Assembly (NCBI GenBank): GCA_038257965.1
Contig: JBBSQJ010000002.1
Coordinates: 1,188-65,187 of the forward strand
DNA from: Propionibacteriales bacterium
GTDB taxonomy: Bacteria > Actinomycetota > Actinomycetes > Propionibacteriales > Propionibacteriaceae
Length of the DNA: 64,000 nucleotides
Direction of reading: 5' to 3'
In this document: piece by piece, positions 51,112 to 60,980 of the stretch
Numbering within the stretch: the stretch's first letter is position 1
How the letters are laid out: each line of letters starts with the position of its first letter
Position numbers and translations under genes: made by a program
Notes under the pieces: generated by a model
Seen by the model: only the letters and a program-made list of their open reading frames with translations
Told to the model about the DNA's origin: nothing
Database searches by the model: none

Positions 51112-51549
51112 TGGGAAATCCGCCTTGGGGTGGAGAGGATGCATTCTGGGCGGCGATGATTTCGGCGATCCGCGGCAGACGTACGCGGCGGACTCGCTTC
51201 CCAAACCGGCTGTTGGATCAGCGTCGGCGAGGTTACGCTCGTTATGGCCGATACGCCATACCCCGCGTTGTCTCGACTGTCGAAAAATGCGCGGAACCGT
51301 TTCGTTGGCTCACGAAGGATCGGCGTTTCAGCAACGCCCACCTGCTTGCCTGGTGCGCGAAGCGGTAGCTGACGGTTCCGGTCCGAGACGGAACTAGTGC
51401 GCCTGGTCCTGAGCCGATGACCAGGCCGGAGCGGCGCCTCCCGCAATGGACCGTCCGGATGCGGCGCAGGGGGCCACAGGCGGACTCTGAGTGGACTGGA
51501 CGCGAAGTCCGAAGAGTGTCCAAATCGTGTCCAAGGGTAGGGTATCGCT

Positions 51550-52158
51550 GTGACTTCGATCCACTGGCGCCTCATCTCGGAAGAGGAGGCGTCGGCCATG
51601 CATCTCATGATGCAGGTCGTCTCATTCGCCGAGACCGTCAGGCTCGTGCCACGTGCCGCCGAAGCCGGTGCGCCCGTAGAGACACTGAATGAGGCGCTTC
51701 ACGAACTTTCGCTGCGGGGCATCGCCCGCAACGTTCAGCCTGTGTCACTGCCGCCGACGCCCGCCGACGTCGCACGTGTGTCGGGCGGCATCATCGAGGC
51801 GTTGGAAGACTCGCCCCTCCCTGAGGCGGAGTGGCCCGCCATGGCCGAGGTGTTGGGAGATGACGATCTGGCAACCCTGACGAACGTATCGGCGAGTTCC
51901 TTGAATCGGTACAGGTCTGGGCAACGGAGTACCCCGGATGTTGTGGCGGCACGTCTGCACTTCATCGCCCTGGTTGTCTCTGACCTGGCCGGCTCCTACA
52001 ACGACTTCGGCATCCGGCGATGGTTCAAACGACCTCGCACTGCGCTCAGCGGTTCGTCGCCGGGCGAGCTACTCGTGGGCGACTGGAGCCCGGATAGCCG
52101 AGACGCCATTCGGGTACGCGAGCTTGGGCGTGCTCTCTTGGGTGCATCGATCGGATGA
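51550..52158 (+). CDS. Xre/MbcA/ParS-type antitoxin
   Basis: HTH LATLTNVSASSLNRYRSG; C-terminal RRWFKRPR.ALSG.SP.ELL. Confidence 0.8.
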   Translation: MTSIHWRLISEEEASAMHLMMQVVSFAETVRLVPRAAEAGAPVETLNEALHELSLRGIARNVQPVSLPPTPADVARVSGGIIEALEDSPLPEAEWPAMAEVLGDDDLATLTNVSASSLNRYRSGQRSTPDVVAARLHFIALVVSDLAGSYNDFGIRRWFKRPRTALSGSSPGELLVGDWSPDSRDAIRVRELGRALLGASIG

Positions 52159-52679
52159 TCTGTTTCAGAAATTGCGATCGTCGCTGGCCATTCCTCTGGG
52201 AGATACGCGATCAGCCTGCAGCTCGTTGGAACCACGAGGGAGACGGTCCGGCACAGTATGTGGCCGACACCCCGGACGGCGCGTGGGCTGAGTTTCTCCG
52301 CCACGAAGAGATCACGGACGAACTGGATCTGGCCGGAGTGTCGCGGGCTCTGTGGTCCGTCGACGTTGACGTAAGTCATGCTACCGAACCGACGCTTTCG
52401 GTAGCCGTCATGACCGGCGACCTGTCGACCTACGCAGAATGCCAAAATGAGGCGCGCCGTCTAAGGGACCACGGTGTGACAGAACTATCGGCTCCGTCGG
52501 CTGCTCTCACGCTTGGCGGTGCACGTGGTTACCGGGTTGAGATTGGCTTTTGCCCGGGCGTGCCGAGGGATGGAGTCGTGTACGTGCTCTTCGGTGCTCG
52601 CCCTGATATCACCGGCTGGCTGATCGTGGACGACGGGCGGCCGCCTGTTGAGTTGCTGTCCCGAGTGCGGCACCTTTGA
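52155..52679 (+). CDS. RES-domain toxin (NAD+ phosphorylase/ART family)
   Basis: FR, ARWN, YVA, AEF, APSAA; ATGA overlap with the antitoxin. Confidence 0.88.
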   Translation: MICFRNCDRRWPFLWEIRDQPAARWNHEGDGPAQYVADTPDGAWAEFLRHEEITDELDLAGVSRALWSVDVDVSHATEPTLSVAVMTGDLSTYAECQNEARRLRDHGVTELSAPSAALTLGGARGYRVEIGFCPGVPRDGVVYVLFGARPDITGWLIVDDGRPPVELLSRVRHL

Positions 52680-52859
52680 TGACGGCGCGTTGTGTGGAGG
52701 CGTCGGGACCCGAGATGACCGTAATGGACGCGCTGTTCTCGGACACGGGCCGAAACGGTCACGGCGCGAAGTTCCTCAGTTGGTTACTCAAATGGTTACT
52801 CAAATCGGCGCCGGATTCCATCGCGGCCCCGCGAACCTGGGTCTGACCAGGTGTCTTGA

Positions 52860-52905
<46 letters not shown>

Positions 52906-53342
52906 TTGGCGCACTGTCAACGACTGCTATCAGGCACGGTCGAGCCGAACCCTGTGAGCTACCGCACCCTCAACCACCGGTTGCCGTGTTGCTGTACTTC
53001 GCTGCTGTACGACTGCTCAACCCAGGCTGATTAGCAAGCGCGTGGATGACCGCATCGTCCGGCATCCCGGCCCGGTACTCAGCGTGCCCAGCCTCGCGCT
53101 CGCGATTCGTCCCGGGATCGTCCTCTGCCGGTCGGGTCGCGACCCTTTCGTTGGCAATCAGTTCGACAGGCACGACGTCTGATCCGTAGATTTCGACTAG
53201 GCGTCCAACGGCGTCCGGATCGGTCACCAAGGGCGGGATTCGGACCCAGACCCGTCCGACAAGGGTCAATCGCGTACAGCGGGTTCTGTCCAGTCTGGCT
53301 CCCAGATTGGCTCCCTATTGGGAACGCTGCGACTATCGATCG

Positions 53343-53753
53343 GTGAGCGGTGAAGGACAGCCCGTATTTCTGTTCGAGAATCGCGAGCCCTCCAGGGTAC
53401 TGATCTACCGAGACCTGGACTGGGCACGCGGGCTGCTCGAGGGCCTCGATGCCGCGACCTTCCGGGAACAAGGGTTCACCGCAGCCGGGCAAGTGGTCAT
53501 GGTTGCGGCCACTGCAGATCTGTTTGCTCGGTTCGAGCTGACTGATCGCGTCGACCTGGAGCAGCTCAAGAACCTGCTTCGGCGCGTGGACGGACCCCAA
53601 CAGCTCGCCGACGACCCTGCCGCCTATGCCGAGGAGTGGTTGCGGCTGGATGACCTGGACGCGCGACGGCCTCCGTTTGTGCCTCGCCGGCTCTGCGACT
53701 GGTACCGAGAACGCTTTCCCGGTCGTGGCGCCGACGCCGTCTGGAGGGCGTGA
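53343..53753 (+). CDS. Hypothetical cargo protein
   Basis: GTG start; protein-like ORF. Confidence 0.6.
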   Translation: MSGEGQPVFLFENREPSRVLIYRDLDWARGLLEGLDAATFREQGFTAAGQVVMVAATADLFARFELTDRVDLEQLKNLLRRVDGPQQLADDPAAYAEEWLRLDDLDARRPPFVPRRLCDWYRERFPGRGADAVWRA

Positions 53754-53843
53754 CGCTCAACCTGCTATCTCCAGGGTCGTTCACCGACTGGCCCTCGGTC
53801 ACGGTGGGATAGTTACTCAGTTGGTTTCTCATTGTGGGGCCGG

Positions 53844-54203
53844 ATGCGGAGTGGCGCAGTATTACAGCGAGCGACGTACAGCGAGAGCGGGGACCTGGTC
53901 GACGAGCAGGGGAGAACCTGGCAGCGTGTTGTGGACTGGCTCGAACCGGATGAGGCTTCGGGTCACGTTGCCGCCGGGTTGCCGTATCTCGTCGAATGGT
54001 GCGCTTCGCCACCGGTCCGCGGCAGAGCTGAGCGTTTCAAGCGGGACATCCTGCGGGCCATGATCACGCGCGGCGAGGCAGATCGCTTCATCGGGCGCGG
54101 CACCGTACCGACGGTCATGGTCGGCGAGCTTTGGCACAGCCCAAGCCACGGCGACTGCCTGGTCTTCGTCCAGCAAGACCCGTCGCCACGTTCGGTGCCG
54201 TGA
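53844..54203 (+). CDS. Hypothetical cargo protein
   Basis: ATG start; protein-like ORF ending ...GELW....DCLVFVQ. Confidence 0.6.
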   Translation: MRSGAVLQRATYSESGDLVDEQGRTWQRVVDWLEPDEASGHVAAGLPYLVEWCASPPVRGRAERFKRDILRAMITRGEADRFIGRGTVPTVMVGELWHSPSHGDCLVFVQQDPSPRSVP

Positions 54204-54381
54204 CCAGCTTGGAAGTAATCCGCCAGGAGTCCACTGCCGTCTATCCAGGTCCAGCTCGCCGCCGAACTTGCACCGTGAGTTACCGGCGGAGGCTCCGACC
54301 TGTGGCCCAACTGTGGCCCGGAGCGAGCTGGTGTTCGATTCGTCGGACGCTCCTGCGTCATACGGGCTTAGCGTGGTCTGC

Positions 54382-54638
54382 ATGAGCAGTGATTTTCCGC
54401 TTAGCGGGCTGCACGACAGTGCCGTGACGTTCGTCTGTACGAGCACGGTGGAGGCGTGGCTTTGGTACTGCGACAACCACGACCCACGGGAACGCCGACA
54501 GTCAAGACGAGGCGGAGACCTACGCGGACGCGCACCGCGACTACTTCGGAAGATGAGCAGGAGCACGAACCGTGCGACATCATCGTCTGGCTACGCACAC
54601 CGCACGAACGTGCCGATGGCGCGATCGAGACCGTCTGA
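54382..54638 (+). pseudogene. Small acidic Cys/His protein with two apparent frameshifts
   Basis: Reconstructs WYCDNHD[T]HGNADSQDEAETYADAH..F..EDEQEHEPCDIIVW across frames. Confidence 0.4.
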
Positions 54639-54916
54639 TCCGTAGATTTCGAGACCGTCGTGCCCGGCTGGTGTACCGCTCCACTTAGAGGAACGCTGCT
54701 CTCGTCGCGGGTCTACGTCCGCGTCGGTCTGCCTGCGAGTTGGTCGGTGGCTCGTCGCGTGACCAGAGGTAATTGGTCACGCGAGCCTCGGTCTTCAGAT
54801 GGGCTCGGGCTGCGGCGGCTGCTCGCTCAACCGTGACGCGAATCGTCCGTTGCTTTCACCTCTCCAGGATTGCCTGGACACGGTTCCCGGCGTTGCGAAC
54901 CGCCCGTGAGGCGTCC

Positions 54917-56722
54917 TCAGGGCGTCACGATCGGGAACCCTCGATCAGGTGTGTCCAGCTGCGATAGGAGTCGATTGAGGACGTCGGCGTCTCCGATGTG
55001 GTCGATGCCATCCAGTCCATGGCCGGCCAGCAGGCCGAGTAGCTGGTGCTTGGTGAGGCTGAGCGTGAGGTCTGGGTTGGTGATGGTTTTCGGGTTGTGG
55101 GTCTGGATCAGGGCCCCGTTGGAAAGGGTGAGCCTGACGGCTTCACCTGTGTCGGTGAAGTTCCAGCGGATGACGAAGGACTCGCCCGCGGCGCGGGGGC
55201 CGTTGACACGGATGGCGAGTGTGTCAAATAGCTGCTCGACGGACAGGGCGGCCGCCATACCTGCGCCGGGGTCGAGCGCTGGTGTGGTGGGACCGTGGCG
55301 CAGCTCGTGGGCTCCGCTGAGGTAGAAGGAGCGCCAGGTGGCGTTCTCCGAGCCGAAGCCGAGTTGTTCGAAGACGTCGGCGAGCGCTTCCTTGACCCCC
55401 GGCTGGCTCGGATCGGCGAACACGGCGTGCTTGAGTAATTCGGCGGCAAATCGGAGATCCCCTCGCGCGGCGAAGTCCTGCCCCTTCGCCACGAGCTGGT
55501 CGATGCCACCGAAGGCCTCGGCATAGCGGCGGCCGGCTGCCACTGGCGGGTGCGCCCACAGCGAGCTCGGATGACCATCGAACCAGCCGAGATAGCGTTG
55601 GTAGATGGCCTTCACGTTGTGGCTGACTGAGCCGTAGTAACCGCGAGCGTGCCACGCACTGTCGAGGGCGGGGGGTAGCTGGAAGTCCTCCGCAATCTCG
55701 ACTCCGGTCGAGCCGGAGTTCAGCATGCGCAGCGTCTGATCGTGCAGGTAGGCGTACAGGTCGCGCTGCTCGGTGAGGAAGCGCACGACGTTGTCGGTGC
55801 CCCAGGTCGGCCAGTGGTGCGAGGCGAAGGCGACGTCGGTGTCGCCGCTGAACAACTCGATGGCCTCGTCCAGATACCGCGACCAGATCCTCGGGTCGCG
55901 TACCAGGGCACCCCGCAGGGTGAGCAGGTTGTGGAGATTGTGGGTGGCGTTCTCGGCCATGCACAGGGCCCGATGATCCGGGAAAAGGAAGTTCATCTCG
56001 GCCGGTGCTTCGGTGCCGGGGGTGATCTGGAAGACGATCCGTACACCGTCGACCGTTTCCTCCTGGCCGGTGGCGGTGATGTCCACCGTCGGTGGAAGTA
56101 GTCCGATCGCACCTTCCGAGGTCCGGATGCCCAGTCCTGTGCTGACCTGCCCTCGCGGGCCTGGGCCGACGACGTCGCCGTACATATAGCTGGCACGCCT
56201 GGTCATGGCCGTGCCGGCGTAGACGTTCTCGGATACGGCATGCTCCATGAAGCCTTCGGGGGCGATGATGGGAACTTCGCCGCGGCCTTCGGGGAGTACG
56301 CCGAGGACCCCACCGAAGTGGTCACCGTGGGAGTGGGTGTAGATCACGCCGGTGACAGGCCTATCGCCGCGGTGCTCGCGGTACAGCTGGATTGCGGCGG
56401 CAGCGCACTCGGATGAGATCAGCGGATCGATCACAATGACGCCGGTGTCGCCCTCGACGAGGGTCATGTTCGACAGGTCGAAGCCACGGACCTGGTAGAT
56501 CCCGGTGGTGACCTCGAAAAGGCCGTTGGTCACGCACAGTTGGGCCTGTCGCCACAGGCTGGGATGAATGGTCTCGACCCGGTCGCCCGACAGGAAGTCG
56601 TAGGGCACCAGGTCGAAGACGACGCGCCCCTCACTGTTGGTGAAGGTCACCGGCTCGAGTGTGGCGACGAAACCGCGCGCCGCGTTCTCGAAGTCGGTTC
56701 GGTCCTCGAAATCCAAAGTCAT
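54917..56722 (-). CDS. Alkyl sulfatase (SdsA1/BDS1-like MBL fold, dimerisation and SCP2-like domains)
   Basis: PSLWRQ, HSHGDH, PGTEAPAEM, SHHWP, RGYYGS. Confidence 0.93.
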   Translation of the reverse strand: MTLDFEDRTDFENAARGFVATLEPVTFTNSEGRVVFDLVPYDFLSGDRVETIHPSLWRQAQLCVTNGLFEVTTGIYQVRGFDLSNMTLVEGDTGVIVIDPLISSECAAAAIQLYREHRGDRPVTGVIYTHSHGDHFGGVLGVLPEGRGEVPIIAPEGFMEHAVSENVYAGTAMTRRASYMYGDVVGPGPRGQVSTGLGIRTSEGAIGLLPPTVDITATGQEETVDGVRIVFQITPGTEAPAEMNFLFPDHRALCMAENATHNLHNLLTLRGALVRDPRIWSRYLDEAIELFSGDTDVAFASHHWPTWGTDNVVRFLTEQRDLYAYLHDQTLRMLNSGSTGVEIAEDFQLPPALDSAWHARGYYGSVSHNVKAIYQRYLGWFDGHPSSLWAHPPVAAGRRYAEAFGGIDQLVAKGQDFAARGDLRFAAELLKHAVFADPSQPGVKEALADVFEQLGFGSENATWRSFYLSGAHELRHGPTTPALDPGAGMAAALSVEQLFDTLAIRVNGPRAAGESFVIRWNFTDTGEAVRLTLSNGALIQTHNPKTITNPDLTLSLTKHQLLGLLAGHGLDGIDHIGDADVLNRLLSQLDTPDRGFPIVTP

Positions 56723-56960
56723 CTTCGATCCTCTACTAACGCTACGGGTCCACTCAAGGTTCGAATTCCCCCTGGACATTCTGACCCATCGCGACTGACA
56801 TACACGAGCGGGTCACCTGCCGGCGCGAGGACCGGCCCGCAGCGAGCGCAGCGAGCGAGGACACGGACCGCAGCTCGGCGAGCGAAGCGAGCCGGTCTTG
56901 ATTCACTGTAGAGCTGCGTTCGCCAGTTGGTCGGAGTCAGCCGGCCACATGATTGGAGCG

Positions 56961-57500
56961 TCATGGCGTACCTGGCACCCCCAGATCCCTGCCGTTCTGC
57001 AGGTAGGCTGCTCGCCCCGTCTTAAGGGCTCGAAGTGCTCCCTGTACGCGGAGCCAGAAGTACGGTCGCAGCAACTTCTCCGCCTCATTCGGATCACAGA
57101 AGCGAAATCCCAACAGTTCACGGTCGCGAGGACGTAGCGCGGCGAGTTCCTCGTCACGAAGGACCCCGCCGTCGAAGATGAACATGATGGAGTCATCCCA
57201 AACGCTGTGTGGCGCCACCCAATCGACACAAAGCAGCGGGCCGACTGGCCGGCTGAGTCCCAGCTCCTCGCGAAGCTCGCGACCTACGGCATCCAAAGGA
57301 GACTCATTTGCCTCAGCCATGCCGCCTGGAAGGTCCCAATCGGGCTTGTATTCGGGATTAACAACGAGGATGCGACCTTCGCTGTCCCTTATCAACAGGT
57401 CACATCCAACCCGTTTACGCGGCTGCTTTGCATTGCCTTCTGCAAGGTACTGCTGCCAGGCGACCGGATCGCGCTCGTAGAGAGGTGGTTGCTGATTCAT
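56961..57500 (-). CDS. NUDIX hydrolase (Pif-like position in the element)
   Basis: GGMAEANESPLDAVGRELREELG Nudix box; AAGGAG RBS. Confidence 0.92.
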   Translation of the reverse strand: MNQQPPLYERDPVAWQQYLAEGNAKQPRKRVGCDLLIRDSEGRILVVNPEYKPDWDLPGGMAEANESPLDAVGRELREELGLSRPVGPLLCVDWVAPHSVWDDSIMFIFDGGVLRDEELAALRPRDRELLGFRFCDPNEAEKLLRPYFWLRVQGALRALKTGRAAYLQNGRDLGVPGTP

Positions 57501-58830
57501 CGGATCTCCTTGTGCCCTTTTTGCTCGGCGCCGGGGGCGAGCCATGCTTGAAATCGAAGGCGTTGTCTCAGTTGTTCGACAAGACACTGGTGGAAGGAAC
57601 CCACGGCGGCATTGGAAGAATAGGGCAGAACCTGCCGCTCCAACGCTTGAAACTGCGCTACTACGAGCTACGACGACAACGAGCCGGTGGCGTCTAGAAC
57701 TTGCGATGCCACGGCACATGCCTCTTCCGGTTCGGGCTCAGGCTTCGTCAGCAAGATCTGCGCGAGACCGAGCAGTCCGAAAGCCAGACTCCGTACTCTC
57801 CCTTTGCGTAGTTCGACGATGCGCTCAGCACTACGCCGAGCCGGCGCAAACTGTGACAACTGGCGCATGGAGCGCACTGTTTCGCTGGCTAGGGACGCCT
57901 CATCGAAATGGCTCACCCAGACCGACGGCTCCTCCGCGGGCACCTCGCTCAGCGCATCCTCAGCTGCAATCAACAACTTGGCACAAGCGTCGGAATTATC
58001 CGCCGACGCCATGGCCCTGGCTTCCAATGCAAGCATGCGTGCCTTGACTGCTGGATTAGAAACCCGCGCAACGATGTCCTGACCCTCTCGCGCAAATCTG
58101 AGGGCCTCGTCGGGCAAGCCCATATGGTCGGCAAGGTGAGTCAAGCTGCCGAGTACATGGGCTCTCATCTGGAGGTCGCCGGCGAAGGTCGCGTATTGAA
58201 GCGCTTGCCCGAAATGCTGGCGGGCAATCTGATCCTGGCCGGCGTCATGCGCCATCCAGCCCGCCATCTCCGTGAGCGCGCCAGCTGCGCCGAACATAGC
58301 ACCAGTGTTGACTGATCCGCCGATTTCAAATAGGCGGGGTCCGAGATTCTGCCTCAAGTACTTCACAACGCTTGCGTAAAGGTGACCGCCACCGACTTGG
58401 AGGTCCGCCGCCCGGAAGGCGTGCATCGCGGCGAGATCCTCACTGGCACCTAGCGCATTCATTTGTGCTGGCGAAAAGAGTTGGCTATCTGACAAGCCGA
58501 CCTGCGGTCGGCTGGACACGCTTTCGTGGCCGATGAGTTCAAGGTATTTCTGCTTCACGGCTGACGGCGCGTCGCGAAGAATGCTTATAGTAGTCCCTGA
58601 GTCGCCGGTCGAAGCAGCGTGTCAGGCTTCTGCGCCCAGTCGTAAATAGTCCGAGGGGAGACCTTCAAATGCGAGTAGGCGAATTCTTCGTCCGACAACT
58701 CTGGGAATACAGAGCGGTAGGCGTGTCGCAGCGCGGTTACCTTCCGGCCGGTCCAGATCGTGTGCTCCAAGTTCGGACTTCCTTGCGTTTGCTGCGATTC
58801 AATCGCAGTAGAGTCGCAGTCCATTCGCAT
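57497..58830 (-). pseudogene. XRE-HTH/TPR-like regulator with a frameshift (~58587) and an in-frame TAG (57668)
   Basis: N-terminal ALR.A...EEFA..LKVSPRTI.DW; D...GGG and EMAGWMAHDAG motifs; frame continues past TAG to a TGA overlapping the NUDIX ATG. Confidence 0.78.
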
Positions 58831-58856
58831 GGCTTCCCCGGCAGCTGCGAACTTGA

Positions 58857-59204
58857 CTACCTTGCATGACCCTCAAGAGTCTCAACACGGTCGGCGAGTT
58901 CACGCAGCTCGTGCGCCATCTGGCCGACCTGCGCCTGAAGTTCTTGAAGAACGTCGGTGCCTTCTGGCTTCGGTACTGCCTTGACGAAGGTCCCTCGCCC
59001 GCTGGCCGATTCCAACACCTCCTCGTGTTGCAGCGTTCGAATCGCCGTGTGCGCGGTCACCTCGGAGACTTGATACTCCTCCGCGAGTGCTCGCAGGGAC
59101 GGAATGCGGGATCCCACCGGGAACTCACCAGCGATGACGCGCTGTCGGAGCGCAGCTGTTACTCGCATGTGAAGCGGTCGGGCATCTGCCGGCTCATGGG
59201 ACAC
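58857..59204 (-). CDS. GntR-family repressor (KorSA-like)
   Basis: GEFPVGSRIPS.R.LA..Y.VS..T...AI..L...GRGTFV; divergent from the transfer operon. Confidence 0.88.
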   Translation of the reverse strand: MSHEPADARPLHMRVTAALRQRVIAGEFPVGSRIPSLRALAEEYQVSEVTAHTAIRTLQHEEVLESASGRGTFVKAVPKPEGTDVLQELQAQVGQMAHELRELADRVETLEGHAR

Positions 59205-59319
59205 GCGCCGAGCATACCGATTGGGCACCCTGCTGGCGCCCCACAAGTCCTTGACCGACGGTGCGTCGGGCAATACCCTAGGGTGCCTAGATGGTGCCCT
59301 AATACACGAAGGAGTGATC

Positions 59320-59520
59320 GTGACTATCCCCCTGGTCGTCATCCTGGGCCTACTGGCTTTTGGGCTTGTGAAGTGGGGCAAACAGAAGGTCTCGGGTGTG
59401 CTGGTCGGTGTTTTGTTCGGCCTCGCGCTGGCGACGACGGCGGTGGGTCCTCCGATCTTGTCCGCGGTGTCGTCGGCGTCCAAGACGATCGTGGCTGCGG
59501 TCACGTCGGCGGTGAAGTGA
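59320..59520 (+). CDS. Small hydrophobic (Spd-like) mobile element protein
   Basis: AAGGAG RBS; two TMs, LFG..LA.T..GP. Confidence 0.75.
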   Translation: MTIPLVVILGLLAFGLVKWGKQKVSGVLVGVLFGLALATTAVGPPILSAVSSASKTIVAAVTSAVK

Positions 59521-60014
59521 TGAACGCCGCACGCGAAGCCGTTCTGAGCGAGAAGCGGATGACGGTCGCCGGCCTCCGAGAGTGGGATACCAGCATCTCC
59601 GGCGGGCACGCGGACCTGACGCATGCTGCGGTCGAGCTCGTCATTGCCGCCTACGACGGCAGCCTGGCGAATCTGTGCTGGCCGTGGGTTCGTGAGGGTG
59701 ACGAGCTGGGCGTGTTCTGGCTCGACCCGGAGCCGATGGTGCGTTTCGACGGCTGCCCGGGCCAGCTGGCGCTGCTGCCGGTGGTTGAGGCGCTGCTCGG
59801 TGGCCGCCGCATCCCCGACCTGGTCCAGCTCCTGCAGCGTCTCGACCAGGCGACATTGGAGTTGGTCATGGCCGCGTTCACCCAAGCGTCGCGGTGGCAT
59901 CGTGACGTGGCGCTATACGCGTTCAACGGTGACCCGTGGTCCGTCTCGGGTTGGATCGCCGCCCAACGCGCTCGTTACGCACCGTCCGCAATTCCGGACC
60001 GGTGGGCATCGTGA
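59520..60014 (+). CDS. Hypothetical element protein
   Basis: TGATG coupling upstream and GTGA coupling downstream. Confidence 0.7.
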   Translation: MNAAREAVLSEKRMTVAGLREWDTSISGGHADLTHAAVELVIAAYDGSLANLCWPWVREGDELGVFWLDPEPMVRFDGCPGQLALLPVVEALLGGRRIPDLVQLLQRLDQATLELVMAAFTQASRWHRDVALYAFNGDPWSVSGWIAAQRARYAPSAIPDRWAS

Positions 60015-60390
60015 CCAGCTCCACCGCGGTCTCCCCCGACGAGGGCGACGGCCGGCGCGACGAGCCCGAGCTGGTCGAGATCGTGCCGTCTGCGGTGCTG
60101 GTGCCGCTGGACCAAGAGCGGGGTGCCCAGCTGGTCGAGGAGCAGGCCGACAGGGTCGAGGTGTCCACCGTCGACGCCCAGGTCGATGGGCTGCCAGCGG
60201 TGCGGTCGCGGGCGGCTACCCGCCCGGTGCTGCCGGGATGGGTGAAGTCGTGGCCGGCGTTCGTCGCCGCCGCGAGTTGGTGGCTCCGCCACGCCTGGCA
60301 TGTGACCGCGTTCCACGGCATCCGGCTCCCGTTGTACTGGCTCCGGCTGATCGGCCGCTCACCGTTCGGCGGGGCCCGCACCCTGGGTGT
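60011..60390 (+). pseudogene. N-terminal fragment of an FtsK/TraB-like transfer protein
   Basis: PVLPGW..S.....W....WH...FH..RLP.Y....RSP.G N-terminus; no ATPase domain follows. Confidence 0.65.
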
Positions 60391-60756
60391 GCCGCATTCG
60401 GTGAGGCCGACGGGCTCAAGTCCGAGAACCTCGTCGCCCGGCTCCGCGACGACCCCGAAGCACCGCTGGACACCCTCGGCAAGAACGGGCTCAACCCCAA
60501 ATCACTCGCCGGGATGCTCCGCGACTTCGGGATCCACTCCAGCCAGTACCGGTGGGACGACGGCACCCAGACCAAAGGCTTCAAACGCGACCAATTTGCC
60601 GACTCCTGGCGCCGCTACTGCCCCGAGACCAGTTCCAGGCACCTTCCCGTCCCAGCCGAAACAGCGACCTGCATCAGCTGCCGCCAACCCCTCAGCTACG
60701 ACGACGGCACCCACACCCACCCCACCTGCACCACTGACAAAGGAGTCCGATCATGA
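60391..60756 (+). pseudogene. C-terminal fragment of a DUF3631 replication-associated protein
   Basis: S..LV..L..DPEAP...L....LA.ML..FGI.S.....KGF.R.QF.D.W.RY; terminal CxxC..HxxC. Confidence 0.72.
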
Positions 60757-60980
60757 CCGTCGAAAGCACCTCGGGTATCGCCATGACGCCGCGCTGGTAC
60801 ACCGTTTGCCAAGTCGCCGCACTCCTCGGATACGGAGAGAGCAAGGTACGCATGCTGATCATTGCCGGCGACCTTCGATCACTTAAGGACGGCCGGTCAC
60901 GCCGCATCCTCCCGGAGTGGGTCGACCAGTACGTCCAGATGCGCGCTTCGCAGGCCGAGTCGAGTTGGTGGTCCCAGTGA
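60753..60980 (+). CDS. xis: Excisionase (HTH_17 type)
   Basis: YTV.QVA.LLG......LI..GDLRS.K.G.SRRI; coupled to the integrase. Confidence 0.9.
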   Translation: MTVESTSGIAMTPRWYTVCQVAALLGYGESKVRMLIIAGDLRSLKDGRSRRILPEWVDQYVQMRASQAESSWWSQ

